From Alphaproteobacteria bacterium (lineage in GTDB: Bacteria > Pseudomonadota > Alphaproteobacteria > Caulobacterales > Parvularculaceae), in NCBI GenBank assembly GCA_013151435.1, contig JAADIH010000108.1, positions 1 to 51,269 on the forward strand: 51,269 nt of DNA. The letters are read 5' to 3'. This document shows, piece by piece, positions 1 through 10,380 of this stretch. The notes below the pieces were generated by a model, which worked only from the letters and a program-made list of their open reading frames with translations, was not told where the DNA came from and searched no databases. The position numbers were made by a program, and so were the translations under genes. Positions within the stretch are counted from its first letter, which is position 1. The number at the start of each line of letters is the position of its first letter.

Positions 1-194
1 ATCAACCTTGCACTTACAACTCATACGGAAGTTGCCATAAACTTACTCTGAAAAATACTAGATATGGAGGATACGTAGACATGGCCGCGACAGAAAATGG
101 CGGTTGGTTTGTTTTTCTACGTTAGCCCTCTCGCCAAGTTTACGCTTATCACGCAGATGAAGTCATCCTATTCATGTTTTGCAAAGCAAACTAA

Positions 195-1121
195 TTAATC
201 AGTGCGTATTGGTTTTTTCCTGCGCAACCATGTTCCGCGCCAGCGCCCTTGTGTACCTGTCGCGCCAATTTCAATATCGATAAGACGATACCCTTTCTCT
301 CTCAGATTGGCGTTCCTGGTGTTAAATTGCTTGCGCGTCATTCGCGTAAAAACTTTTGCATCCGTAGAATTGTCACGCATGAATGTCGTGTAATAGGTAT
401 CCGAATGATACGAATATATCGCATTCATGTAGAGCGGACGCAGATTGTCTCTATCATAGGCAAATGTCGCAAGCTTAGCGTAATCATCATACGAAAGATG
501 CCATAATGGCAAGGTAAAACGGAGTGATTTATCCCTGGCAAAGATTACGGCGTGTCGTTTTTTACCCCCTTCTTCAAAAACTTCGTGGTCGATCAGTGTC
601 ATCTTCCCATCAGTTACTCTTTTCTTATATTCCTCCTTAAAACGCTTGAGGCTCAATGAAGGAAATGATGCCCATTTTAATTTCTTTGAATTTTGCACAA
701 AAAGCGCTGTGATCGTATTCGCGACGAGGCCGTCATCTTCAATATCAGCTAGTCTAAAATTTTTGCCCTCAAACTCTTTCCACTGCTCAGAATAAGCATT
801 CTTATCGTAAGGTAGAACGATCTCCCACAGAAGATTGTCTACATTTTTTGTTGAAATCAACGCGTACCGACGACATTTGTACTGCCAATCACTATTGGTG
901 CTAGCACACTGTGTATCGTAATATGTTTCCACATCAATGACGATGCGCCCACGTTCCTTCATATCCACTACTGTAGCGTGCAGCTTGCTTCGATCAGAAA
1001 CGAAGTGAAGATTTGTACGCTTATCAATCATCGGGTCGAGCCAACCTTCTGCGGCGACTACAGGAGGGTACGCGCAAGTCATCGTGATTGCAGCGGCGCA
1101 AGTGAGTGTTGCTTTTTTCAT
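195..1121 (-). CDS. Secreted protein made of ~50-aa tandem repeats (BTRD1 / polyglycine-hydrolase structural-repeat-like), no catalytic domain
   Basis: ORF 195..1184. The likely start is MKKATLTCAAA at 1121, with GGAGA upstream and a signal peptide. Repeated [GN]xRxxD[IV]E motifs (GRIVIDVE, NFRLADIE, GYRLIDIE) resemble those of the upstream gene. Confidence 0.7.
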   Translation of the reverse strand: MKKATLTCAAAITMTCAYPPVVAAEGWLDPMIDKRTNLHFVSDRSKLHATVVDMKERGRIVIDVETYYDTQCASTNSDWQYKCRRYALISTKNVDNLLWEIVLPYDKNAYSEQWKEFEGKNFRLADIEDDGLVANTITALFVQNSKKLKWASFPSLSLKRFKEEYKKRVTDGKMTLIDHEVFEEGGKKRHAVIFARDKSLRFTLPLWHLSYDDYAKLATFAYDRDNLRPLYMNAIYSYHSDTYYTTFMRDNSTDAKVFTRMTRKQFNTRNANLREKGYRLIDIEIGATGTQGRWRGTWLRRKKPIRTD

Positions 1122-1135
1122 GTCTTTCTCCAGAA

Positions 1136-3074
1136 TTAATTTTGCGGATAGCCGTATTTCGACCAGAGGTTTCGGGTTGGCCACTGAGTGACTTTATTGA
1201 TCTCAGCATCAACAAGAGGCTCCAGACGGATCTTGTCGCGATCGAGCGGTGACCCATTTAGCAATCGCAACCCTGACATCACCTTGCTCACGCAACACCG
1301 TCCACGAGCCCGACAAAGAACCGTTGTGGTTTGTTGCGCTATCGCCATACGGTCTTGGTATGACGGGCGTGAAGGCCGCATAACGTACCAGATCATTAGT
1401 GCTCGCAATCCATCCGCCATGACTGCTCATCGCCTCCAGAACGAAACCACCATAAGCGTTAGGAACGTCGCTACTATCTTGTGGGAACAGAGAGGAAACC
1501 TTCGTCGAAAACGGCTTCCCATAATAACGCACTTCTTCTGGGTAGGCTTCTGCGAGGCGGCTATTGCCGAGGCGCATCTGAGTAACACCCGCCGGCTTTA
1601 AGATTTTATTTTTAACATACCGGGCATAGCCGCCGCCACTGGCTTCAACAATTATTTGACCAAGGATGCAGTATCCAAGATTTGAGTAAGGATCAAATCG
1701 CTCTCTTGGCCGAGCCCCTGGCTGGAAGTCAAGCGAGCGCTTCGTAAGCACATAGTTCATTATCTGCCGACAGGTTAAAGGTGTTTCTGCGCCAATTTCC
1801 GCAGCTATCGAGCGCTGCTCAAACATCGGGTTATACTCGTGCCGACTCCACCCGGCACGATGATCAAGCAATTGCTGAACATTGATCATCTGTATTCTTT
1901 GATCACCCAATTGGCCATTTGGCGCACGGCTATCGAGCGCGTCCAACATTGTGTCCGTATATTCAAGCTTGTCCTTAGCGACGAGATCGCGGATAGCGGA
2001 CATTGTCAGTAGCTTTGATATACTTGCAGTACGGAACATGTGCTCCGGCGTGACTTTCTCAAGCGTGTTGATATTGGCAAGCCCCAACCCACAAGAATAA
2101 ACCAACCGGTTGCCCTTAACGATGGCAATTTGACCGCCAGGAATGGACTGTTCTTTCATCTTTTCGACAAGTGCGTCAGAAAAATGTTCGAGCCGGCCGT
2201 CGCAATCGCCTCTTCTGGCAATACCATTATTGAGCAGAACAGCGGAATATTTATCAGTTGAGGAACCAAACCGTTCGATATCGAGGATCCGCGCGCCATG
2301 CCGGCGCGTCATATTTGTTAAGTCTTTGCCGGAAATACCGTGATAGTACCAGTAAAGTTGTTGTTGATTGTTATCGAACTCTTTCATGATAACAGCATGA
2401 CGCACGCCATTTTGGGTATCATATGACTCAATATCAATGAGCCGCATTCTGTGATTGGATATTTTTCTTTTGAGTTGGCCTGCGGATTGGTTTCGGTACC
2501 AGTACCACCCCACCTCACGATCGCCGGTGTTGTCGACCATCACGGCGGCGTATTTCGTAGCGCCGCCTTCTGTATATCGCTCAATATCGATTAATCGTTG
2601 ATCGAGGTTATCGTATTTAGCCTTTAAGCTTTCAGCTGATTGGTTAAAGTACCAGTGCCAGCCAGTCTCCCGCTTGCCTTTATTCAAGACGAACACAGCA
2701 GCGAATTTACGCTCGCCATTGACCTTATAGGTTTCAATATCGACGACGCGTGCGTTCTTTTCATCAACGAGCTCGTTAATCGCATCAGGGCTGGTGTTAT
2801 AAAGCCACCACCATCCGGCGGACTTATGGGCGCCAGTGTTCTTCACCAACGTCACAGAAAAACGTAACGGTGACGTGCTGACGATATCCAGGTCAATGAT
2901 CCGGGCATTGTCATTTTCGATTTTATTTTTCAGGGCATTTGGGGAGATTGACGTTAAATGCCAGTTTTGCACACGCTCAACTAAAGATCGTTCATCAAGG
3001 CCGTTCTTTTGAGCGTTTGCTGCACCAGCCCAAAAGCAGACAAAAAGAAAAAGAATAGTACGAAGAATTTGCAT
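1136..3074 (-). CDS. Secreted serine hydrolase (class C beta-lactamase/PBP fold) with five N-terminal BTRD1-like repeats; probable frameshift near 1260 affecting the C-terminus
   Basis: Signal peptide, five W..(N/G)xS...R[IL][IV]D[IL]E repeats, SxxK motif (TASISK) and YSN motif (PYSNLGY). The called ORF stops at 1209, but a plausible C-terminus (NGSPLDRD...QWPTRNLW) continues in another frame to 1136. Confidence 0.8.
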
Positions 3075-3284
3075 GGTCGTTTCTCCATTTCACAATACTG
3101 ACGAAGGTAGTCAATCCACGCGTCGGACTGAGACGGTCATGGTCACGTTGAAAGCGGGCGACTTTTATTTGAATGTCGACACACCTATTTTAGGCGGGTC
3201 GTTTATTTTTTGCGTATGCTCTTATCTTAAAGATGAAAGTCTTGCGTAATTTTCGGAGCAAATTCTTCCTTGGTAGGAACAAGA

Positions 3285-3773
3285 TTAGTCTATTGTGCAG
3301 ACAACGCCGCCGTCAGGTTTAGAACTGACGCCACCGCCAGAATCCCGACAAGTATCGGCAAAGATCGTTGCGCAAAAATCTGTATCACTCTCACATTTAT
3401 AGATGACGCCATTTTTGTCGCCACCGCCCTTGCCACTCAGCGCAAAGGCGCCGGCACCTTTTCCAACGCTTTTCGCGTTAGGCTGGATTGAACAAGTCGT
3501 CATGCCGTCAGGGTTCTTACTGAGGCCCCCATTATTCTTGTCACAATGAGCGACAAAGGCATCAATATCACAACTGATACACGTATAATCAACGCTTTTG
3601 ACGGGTTCGGCTGCGCGCGCCGCTAAACTATCCGGGGCTGCTGCCTGGCCGGCCATAGGAATAGCAAAACTTACAATGCTCAAAATCAAAATACTGCCGA
3701 AAACACGCCCCTTACGAAGAGAGCCTTCATTGTGAATATTCATAAGTATGTCCCTAATTAGTGAGCAATACAC
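3285..3773 (-). CDS. Small secreted Cys-rich protein with two internal repeats joined by a Gly-rich linker
   Basis: Hydrophobic signal peptide ending AGQA. Two copies of C..C...F...C...GG.S..PDG...C.I. The start may be the ATG at 3743. Confidence 0.65.
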   Translation of the reverse strand: MYCSLIRDILMNIHNEGSLRKGRVFGSILILSIVSFAIPMAGQAAAPDSLAARAAEPVKSVDYTCISCDIDAFVAHCDKNNGGLSKNPDGMTTCSIQPNAKSVGKGAGAFALSGKGGGDKNGVIYKCESDTDFCATIFADTCRDSGGGVSSKPDGGVVCTID

Positions 3774-3832
3774 AGTTGCCGTTGATATTTGGGGAAGCTT
3801 AGCTATGAAACTGACGATACAGTATCAGGGCT

Positions 3833-3867
3833 CACCCCTAATTTTCGATTTTACACCCCTATTTTTC
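3833..3867. promoter_or_regulatory. 14-bp direct repeat, probable operator of the adjacent LuxR-ATPase regulator
   Basis: CACCCCTAATTTTC (3833-3846) and CACCCCTATTTTTC (3854-3867), 21 bp apart, lie in the divergent intergenic region. Confidence 0.5.
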
Positions 3868-3968
3868 AAATCAGTATCAAATTTCCACTGGAACCTTGAT
3901 CACTTGATCTATCAGGTTATCGTCAGTTTTTATCCATTGTGTAGCGCAACATAGAAATTGAATGGCTT

Positions 3969-6594
3969 ATGCTTTTGGAACGTAGTGATTTGTTGGCGAC
4001 GCTGGAAGAATGCAAACAGCGCGCACAATCCGGTCACGGTAATATTGTGTTGGTTAGCGGTGAAGCTGGCGCTGGCAAAACATCCCTTTTGCAAGCCTTT
4101 CGCGATGCGCATGAAGGAGGGTTTCTCATGGGGAATGTGTGATGCGCTGTTTACTCCACAGGCGCTAGGGCCTGTTTATGATATCGCGCTCGGATTGCCC
4201 GATGGTATTAGAAAACTCGCCATGCGCTCTGCGAAACCTGTTGAATTATTTCCCATGATTTTATCGGAACTGGGAAAACCTGGCGCGAATATTTTGATTA
4301 TTGAAGACATTCACTGGGCGGATTATGCAACGCTGGATTTCATTAAGTATATTGGACGGCGCATATCAATCCTGAGCGCTCTTTTGATCGTTTCTTTCCG
4401 CAATGATGAAATAGTGGATTCTCATCCCGCGCATTCTGTCTTTGGCGACCTGCCGCCCAAAAATACCGTAAGGCTTGATGTGATTCCGCTGTCTTTGGCG
4501 GCAGTTGAAACAATGAGTCAGTCGTCCGCTTATGATAGCAAGGAGTTGCACTTTATTACTGGCGGCAACCCATTTTTCGTATCCGAACTGCTTTCTTCGC
4601 AAACGGATAATACGACCATTCCGATTTCAATCAAGGAAGCTGTTAATACACGGTTAAACCGATTATCTATTGAAGAAAGACAGTTCCTGGAGTTTGCAAG
4701 CATCATCCCGGGAGCGATTAATATAAAATTGTTAGAGCAAGCCCTTCCCAATGCGGAACTACTGGCCATGGCATGCGTTGGACGCTCCCTGCTTAAAAAG
4801 GACGTCGATGGTTCATTACGGTTCAGGCATGAGCTGGCGCGCCTGGCTACACACGCGCGCATTGCGTCGGGTAAGGCGCAACAATATCATGTCGCAATTT
4901 TAAAAGTCCTGTTGTCACAAGATGATAGCGCGCTTACATCGCAGATTGTTCACCATGCAGCGGGCGCTGGCGATTCTGAATCAGTCCTTATTCACGGGCC
5001 TATCGCAGCCAACCATGCCGCTAGTATTGGCTCTCATCGGGAAGCTGCGGGCCACCTGGCGACAGCATTGAAATTTGTCGACAAAGCATCGACGGAACAA
5101 GCCGCTATTTTATATGAACAATGGGCCTATGAAGCTGGTCTGGCATTGAGCATAGACGAAGATGTTATCGAGGCTCGCCGACATGCCGTCACACTTTGGC
5201 GCGCGCTCGGACGAATGGAAAAAGTTGGCGATAATCTTCGTTGGTTATCGCGCCTGCTTTGGTATCGTGGAGAGGCCGCTCAAGCCAATCGCTACGCGGA
5301 TGAAGCGGTACGTATCCTTGAAAATGAGGCGCCGTCAAAAGAAAAAGCAATGGCCTTTAGCTTGCGATCTCAAATGCATGTGTTGAACGGGCGTATGGAG
5401 CTCGCCATTGAGTGGGGCGAGCGCGCTCTGAAAACGTCCGCCAATCTCGATACGCCAGATATAAAAATACATGCTTTAAATAATATCGGCACCGCAAAAA
5501 TATTCCGAGGCAATACCCAGGGTCTCGATGATATGAATGAGAGCCTCCGGCTCGCCAAATTGCATCATTACCATGAAGATGCCGCCCGAGTTTACACCAA
5601 CCTTGCCGAATACGCAGTGGAATTCAAGGATTTCGACCTTGCGGAGAAGGTCCTATCCGACGGCATTGCCTTCGACACACAACATGATTTGGATGCCTGG
5701 ACATTTTACTTAATCGGCCGGCTCGCGCAACTGCGCCTTGAGCAGGGGCGTTTAAGTGAAGCTGTAACAGTGGCGGAAGGTGTTTTAGAACGAAAAAACC
5801 AAACACTATTGATGAAGCTTCCAGCTTTAACTGTTTTGGCAAAAGCGAAATTGCGACTCGGAGCTAAAGACTCAAGCAACCATTTGCAATTGGCTTTGGA
5901 AAATGCGCTTTCAACTGATGAGCCGCAATATATTATGCCGATACGATCAGCTCTTATAGAAAAGGCTTGGTATGATGATACACATAACGTTGCTGAGGAA
6001 CATTTTGAAGCAACGCTTCCCTTACTCTCTGAATCTTCTAGCGCGTGGGTTATAGGTGAATTTTTTTTCTGGGCGCGAAAATGTGGACTGGCTTTGCCTG
6101 ATTGGGCCGCAAGAATTTTGCCCGAGCCATATCAAATTTATAACCAAGGCAAAAAGCATGAGGCGTTCCGCGCCTTTAAAATGTTGAAAACGGATTATGC
6201 CGCCGCAGCATGTATTTGCGATAGCAACCACGAAAGCGACTTGTTGGAAGCTTATGAGTTAGCGCGTGGGCTTCAATCACACACCCTCATCGAGAAAATC
6301 AAACAGGCAGCGTCCATCGCTGGCCTAAATGCGGCGTATTTTAAAAAGATACGCGGGCCATACCGAGCAAACCAACGCCACCCCCTAAATCTAACGCAAA
6401 AGGAGCTACAAGTATTAGGGCACCTTGTTAATGGTAGCGGCAATCAAAAAATTGCAGATGAGCTTTCACGATCGAAACGAACAATTGAAAATCATGTTGC
6501 TTCTATTTTCAGAAAAATGAACACAGAAAACCGTATTGAGGTTATTCTACGAGTCCAAAATGAGCCCTGGATATTGAAAACCGAAGGCTCATAA
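3969..6594 (+). pseudogene. AAA-ATPase/TPR/LuxR-HTH (MalT-like, LAL-type) transcriptional regulator, frameshifted near 4128
   Basis: The N-terminus MLLERSDLL...VSGEAGAGKTSLL (Walker A) is in the frame starting at 3969 and stops at 4142. Walker B (IIEDIHWAD), GGNPFF and the C-terminal LuxR HTH (LTQKELQVL...TIENHVASIFRK) are in the +1 frame. Confidence 0.8.
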
Positions 6595-6651
6595 AGACGA
6601 CAACTTAACGAGTAGAAAGCACCATATCCAAGCATAGAAAGCAGACACATA

Positions 6652-6819
6652 AATGTCGAAAAAGGGCCAGAAATGCCCGGTCGATCCCTCAATTTCTAAT
6701 GTCTGGTTTTGCCCGCATTCCAGTCACTAAGAACGGAAACGGCGACCGACAATTTCTCGCCTAAAAGCGACATACACTAACTCGAAGCCAATGGCCGGTC
6801 TATGGTGTAGAGCCAACGT
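6652..6819 (+). repeat. Degenerate periodic repeat array A (4 units, 45-47 bp period)
   Basis: Units begin at 6652 AATGTC, 6698 AATGTC, 6745 ACCGAC and 6790 AATGGC. They share AAGGGCCA, TTGCCCGCA and TCGCC cores with array C. Confidence 0.55.
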
Positions 6820-7004
6820 AGCGCACAATAGTCCTACACTCGCTGAGAATTTCAGTGAAGAGCGAGCGCTAATGTATTCAAGTAATTAAGAACCGGACCT
6901 AGAATGATTGACGTCTAATGCTTGTGCAAATGTGCAGGCGGTGAGACGACTTACGCCGCGCTAACGCTGATAAACCAAAACTGGCGATGGGTCGCGAGCT
7001 TTTC

Positions 7005-9443
7005 TTAGCGGTGCGAGTCGGCGAGCAAATCATCAATCGCAACATGGCGCGCTGCGACCGTCGCATCGGAATAGGAACGGGAGTGCATGTGGTCTCCGCG
7101 TCTCGGAGGTAGTGTTAAACCATCAGGTAGCCCGTTGTGCACACCGGTCACCAGCAGTTCCGGCCAATCGTCGCCCGGTTCCAGTTCGAGCGTGATCACC
7201 ACGCCGCTGGCCGGCAAAGCGAATCCGGTCAGCGAGCGCCAACCTATGGAGTCGTCCTGTTCAAATGGCAAGAGTTGACCCTCGACCTGCCAGCCTTGCA
7301 GACCGGCTCCCGGTTTCAGCCATAAGGTTACCGTATCGCCCGCCCGATCCGGCCGGATCCGCAAGAGCACTCGACGTTGTTCGCGATCAGCTTCAATCAA
7401 TTCCAATTGTGGTGCCGACACGTTGACGCCTTTAATCGGGGAGAGCCAAAGCTGCTCACACGCATCAGGCTGATATAGCGCTGAACAGGTAAGCTGTGGA
7501 TCACTACCGAGCGCGGTGCGATGCCAATTGGTCAATTTATCGTCGCTACTCGCCCAGTATGCATTATGTTGATCTGCGTCGTACAGAATGAACAACGCCA
7601 CCGGCTGTGGCTTTTCAGCGGACCACGGCAGGGTCAGTGTAAGCCAGCCGAGAACGGCAACGCCAATCAAAATGGCTCCAAACCCGGTGGCGCGCGCAGA
7701 ATTGTTGTCCATGAGCGGCGTGTAGAAAAGCAGTAAAAGCAGTAGTGGTAATACGGAAACAACCGGCAGGACGAAGCCGATAATCAGGTCGAAAGTTAGT
7801 GCTGTGGCGCCAAGCAAAACCGCCGCTGGCAACCCTGCTAAGGCCGAAAATAATTGCGGTACTGATCGTCCCACTGGATGGCGCGAGAACCAAAACTGCA
7901 GCAGAGCGACCGCCAGCAGCGGCCAGACGAGAACATGCGCGCCGCCAGCCAATTGCAATAGCGCTGCCAGCGCCAATAATACTAGCAGCCACAGACCACC
8001 GGCGATGCGCGCCTCCAGAACCAACGGACGCCGTAACAGCAGTGTAAGTGAAACCCCTGTGACGATTGCCGCCGCTAACAGCGGCCAGTCCGCACCGCCG
8101 ACCAGCACCAGGCCGGCAAGCAACGTTGTCACAATCAGGCCGGATGACCAGCTTAGCCCTGTTCGAAGCGCCCCCTGCAGCCACATTGCGCTTCCGATCG
8201 CTAGCAGCGCCCAGGCGGCGAACCAGCCTCGTTGCCGAGCGACCAATTCTGGCAAGCTTACGGTCTGATCAATCAATCGATCGAGCAATAATACAAACAG
8301 CGCCGGCGCCGCGACCAACAGAAATGCGCAGCTGATACCGCGCAACAATTGTAGAAGGCTACAGGAGCCTCGGCGCATTAATCGAACGCTAGTGATTATC
8401 AACAAGATTGCAGCCAGCAGCCACACTAACCCGTCAACCCACGCCGGGTAGCTGGCAAGTATGTGACCCACCGGATTAAAATAGTGACGATCAGGCAATT
8501 CCGCTATCGGCAGTTCCACCGTTCCGAAATGTCGGGCCAACGGCAAGGCAAAGTCACCCAGATGTTGCAACGAGTCTGGCGATAAGCGCCGCGATGTATC
8601 AGTGGAGCCATGATAATCATAATAACCATCGATGAAAGCGAAGTTCATCCCCGCCTTGCCCGCCCTGACAGCAATAGCCAGATCATCAAATTGTGGCATC
8701 TTCTGCATAATCGAATGCACCAATGAATTGGCCAATGGCGACGGCGCGATCTGCGCCAGCGCGTCGATCAGCGCGCCATTATTCTCGCTGGTTCCGTACA
8801 TAAAGACCGGCCCGCGATTACCGCGGGAGTCAAAATTCAGTACCAACCCCACTTGCTCAGCCCAACGATGATGGCCGAAAAAGGCCTGTGCCCCGATCAG
8901 GCCCACTTCCTCCGCATCAGTGAACAGCACAATCAGCGTATTGCGCATCGGAAGATCGGAAACCGCCAATGCGCGAACCGTCTCCAATTCAGCGGCGACG
9001 CCGCTGGCGTCATCGCCTGCCCCCGGAGCATTTGGCGCCGAATCATAATGCGCCATCAACAAGAGTGCGGGACCGGTTTGTTGCCCCGGGAAGCGCGCGA
9101 CGATATTTTCGACATTAGCAAAACGAGACTGCCCCGCGCGTGACAAGTAGTTGTACGTCTGCAGGCGACGCTGCACTTCTACCTCGGCGCCGAGATCCCG
9201 CAATGTTTCAATCAAGTAGTCTCGCACTTCAGCATTAGCAGGGCTGCCCGCCGGATGTGGCCGGCTTGCAATGACATCGACATGCGCTTGCGCACGTTGG
9301 GCAGAAAACTCGGTCGCCGGCGCTGCATCACTGCGCGCGGTCGGCGGCCCCTGCATCCAATTGCCAAACCCCATCACGGCGGCAAGCCCAATAAGCAACA
9401 AGAGAGGCCAGAAACGGCTGTTTTGGTCCGATGTGAGCGGCAT
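7005..9443 (-). CDS. Membrane-bound M28 family zinc aminopeptidase (ERMP1/Pff1-like architecture)
   Basis: HYDS, GAGDDASG, DAEEVGLIG, NFDSRG and YHGSTD motifs followed by many transmembrane helices. Confidence 0.9.
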   Translation of the reverse strand: MPLTSDQNSRFWPLLLLIGLAAVMGFGNWMQGPPTARSDAAPATEFSAQRAQAHVDVIASRPHPAGSPANAEVRDYLIETLRDLGAEVEVQRRLQTYNYLSRAGQSRFANVENIVARFPGQQTGPALLLMAHYDSAPNAPGAGDDASGVAAELETVRALAVSDLPMRNTLIVLFTDAEEVGLIGAQAFFGHHRWAEQVGLVLNFDSRGNRGPVFMYGTSENNGALIDALAQIAPSPLANSLVHSIMQKMPQFDDLAIAVRAGKAGMNFAFIDGYYDYHGSTDTSRRLSPDSLQHLGDFALPLARHFGTVELPIAELPDRHYFNPVGHILASYPAWVDGLVWLLAAILLIITSVRLMRRGSCSLLQLLRGISCAFLLVAAPALFVLLLDRLIDQTVSLPELVARQRGWFAAWALLAIGSAMWLQGALRTGLSWSSGLIVTTLLAGLVLVGGADWPLLAAAIVTGVSLTLLLRRPLVLEARIAGGLWLLVLLALAALLQLAGGAHVLVWPLLAVALLQFWFSRHPVGRSVPQLFSALAGLPAAVLLGATALTFDLIIGFVLPVVSVLPLLLLLLFYTPLMDNNSARATGFGAILIGVAVLGWLTLTLPWSAEKPQPVALFILYDADQHNAYWASSDDKLTNWHRTALGSDPQLTCSALYQPDACEQLWLSPIKGVNVSAPQLELIEADREQRRVLLRIRPDRAGDTVTLWLKPGAGLQGWQVEGQLLPFEQDDSIGWRSLTGFALPASGVVITLELEPGDDWPELLVTGVHNGLPDGLTLPPRRGDHMHSRSYSDATVAARHVAIDDLLADSHR

Positions 9444-9500
9444 GAAAAACCTTTGGTGTGCTTCGTTAAGAAAGGATCTTTTCGATTATTGTGCCAACCT

Positions 9501-9541
9501 TATCTAGACGCTGTCAAGATAAATTTTGACAGTGTCAAAAT
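9501..9541. promoter_or_regulatory. Two tandem palindromic operators between the divergent peptidase and TetR genes
   Basis: TATCTAGACG-C-TGTCAAGATA (9501-9521, imperfect) and ATTTTGACA-G-TGTCAAAAT (9523-9541, perfect arms). Confidence 0.7.
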
Positions 9542-9559
9542 GATCCCGTACGCTGGGTT

Positions 9560-10198
9560 ATGAGAAAAACCAAAACACAAACGAGAACCGCTTATCATCA
9601 TGGAGATCTGCGGGCAGCACTCTTAGATGCCGCGGAGATCGAACTTACGAAGAAGGGCGTCGAAGCTTTCTCGCTACGCGGTGTCGCCAAGAGGGCTGGC
9701 GTTAGCCATGCGGCGCCAGCACACCATTTTAGTGATGCGAGAGGCCTACTCACCGCACTTGCCGCAATTGGCTATGAGCGATTTATCGAAACTCAAAAAC
9801 GACGCCAGCATGACGCGTCGCCGGACCCAAAAGCTCAATTGGCGGCGTTAGGGTTGGGTTACGTGGACTTCGCCATGGCAAACCCAGCATTATTCCGGCT
9901 GATGTTTTCATCTGAAAAAACAAACAAAACTAACGAGGCCCTCGCCACAGCGTCGTCCGCCGCATTCGACAAGCTCGTAGTAGAAATACAAAATATCACC
10001 AAGTCTGATCCGTATACCGATCCCATTGCAATGACCGATGTCATGGCGGTATGGGCGATCGTTCACGGTTTAGCTGATCTCATGATTGCAGGGCGCACCC
10101 GGCGCATAACGTTCCTGGAGAATTTGAATAAGGAGGAAAGAGAAGCCATATTGTCAGATATTATTCTCCGAGCCAGCACCGTACAAGCTAGCGAATAG
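9560..10198 (+). CDS. TetR/AcrR family regulator (WHG-type C-terminal domain)
   Basis: YHHGDLRAALL, SLRGVAKRAGVSHAAPAHHF HTH, and WAIVHG motif. Confidence 0.92.
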   Translation: MRKTKTQTRTAYHHGDLRAALLDAAEIELTKKGVEAFSLRGVAKRAGVSHAAPAHHFSDARGLLTALAAIGYERFIETQKRRQHDASPDPKAQLAALGLGYVDFAMANPALFRLMFSSEKTNKTNEALATASSAAFDKLVVEIQNITKSDPYTDPIAMTDVMAVWAIVHGLADLMIAGRTRRITFLENLNKEEREAILSDIILRASTVQASE

Positions 10199-10230
10199 CC
10201 GCCAAATGCAGTCGGTGTTGCGGCTACGGC

Positions 10231-10352
10231 TACGATGCATTTGCATCCCAAACACGCCATTCGCCGATTAATTCATTATGGTCTGATAAGGGCCATTTTA
10301 CGACATTCGCTTGCGCCAAAATAACGACGGCATTGAACCCAAAACTGTCATT
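10231..10352 (+). repeat. Degenerate periodic repeat array B (3 units)
   Basis: Units end in GCCATT (10261), GACATT (10307) and GTCATT (10352), a period of 46/45. The unit at 10323 is AACGAC...GTCATT. Confidence 0.55.
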
Positions 10353-10380
10353 TGGTTAATAACGATCATACGGCGGCGTC

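Noticed and set aside
1209-3074. Calling the serine hydrolase an antibiotic-resistance beta-lactamase
   Set aside because: The fold motifs are shared by many peptidases and esterases, and the repeat architecture points elsewhere.
4113-4130. Programmed +1 frameshift (AAGGAGG followed by TTT C) in the LuxR-ATPase gene
   Set aside because: The SD-to-site spacing differs from prfB, there is no stop or hungry codon at the site, and a single-base insertion gives a better repaired sequence (FLWGMC).
6925-6938. 14-bp exact match TGCAAATGTGCAGG also at 36637-36650
   Set aside because: A few 14-bp matches are expected by chance in 51 kb, and the similarity does not extend.
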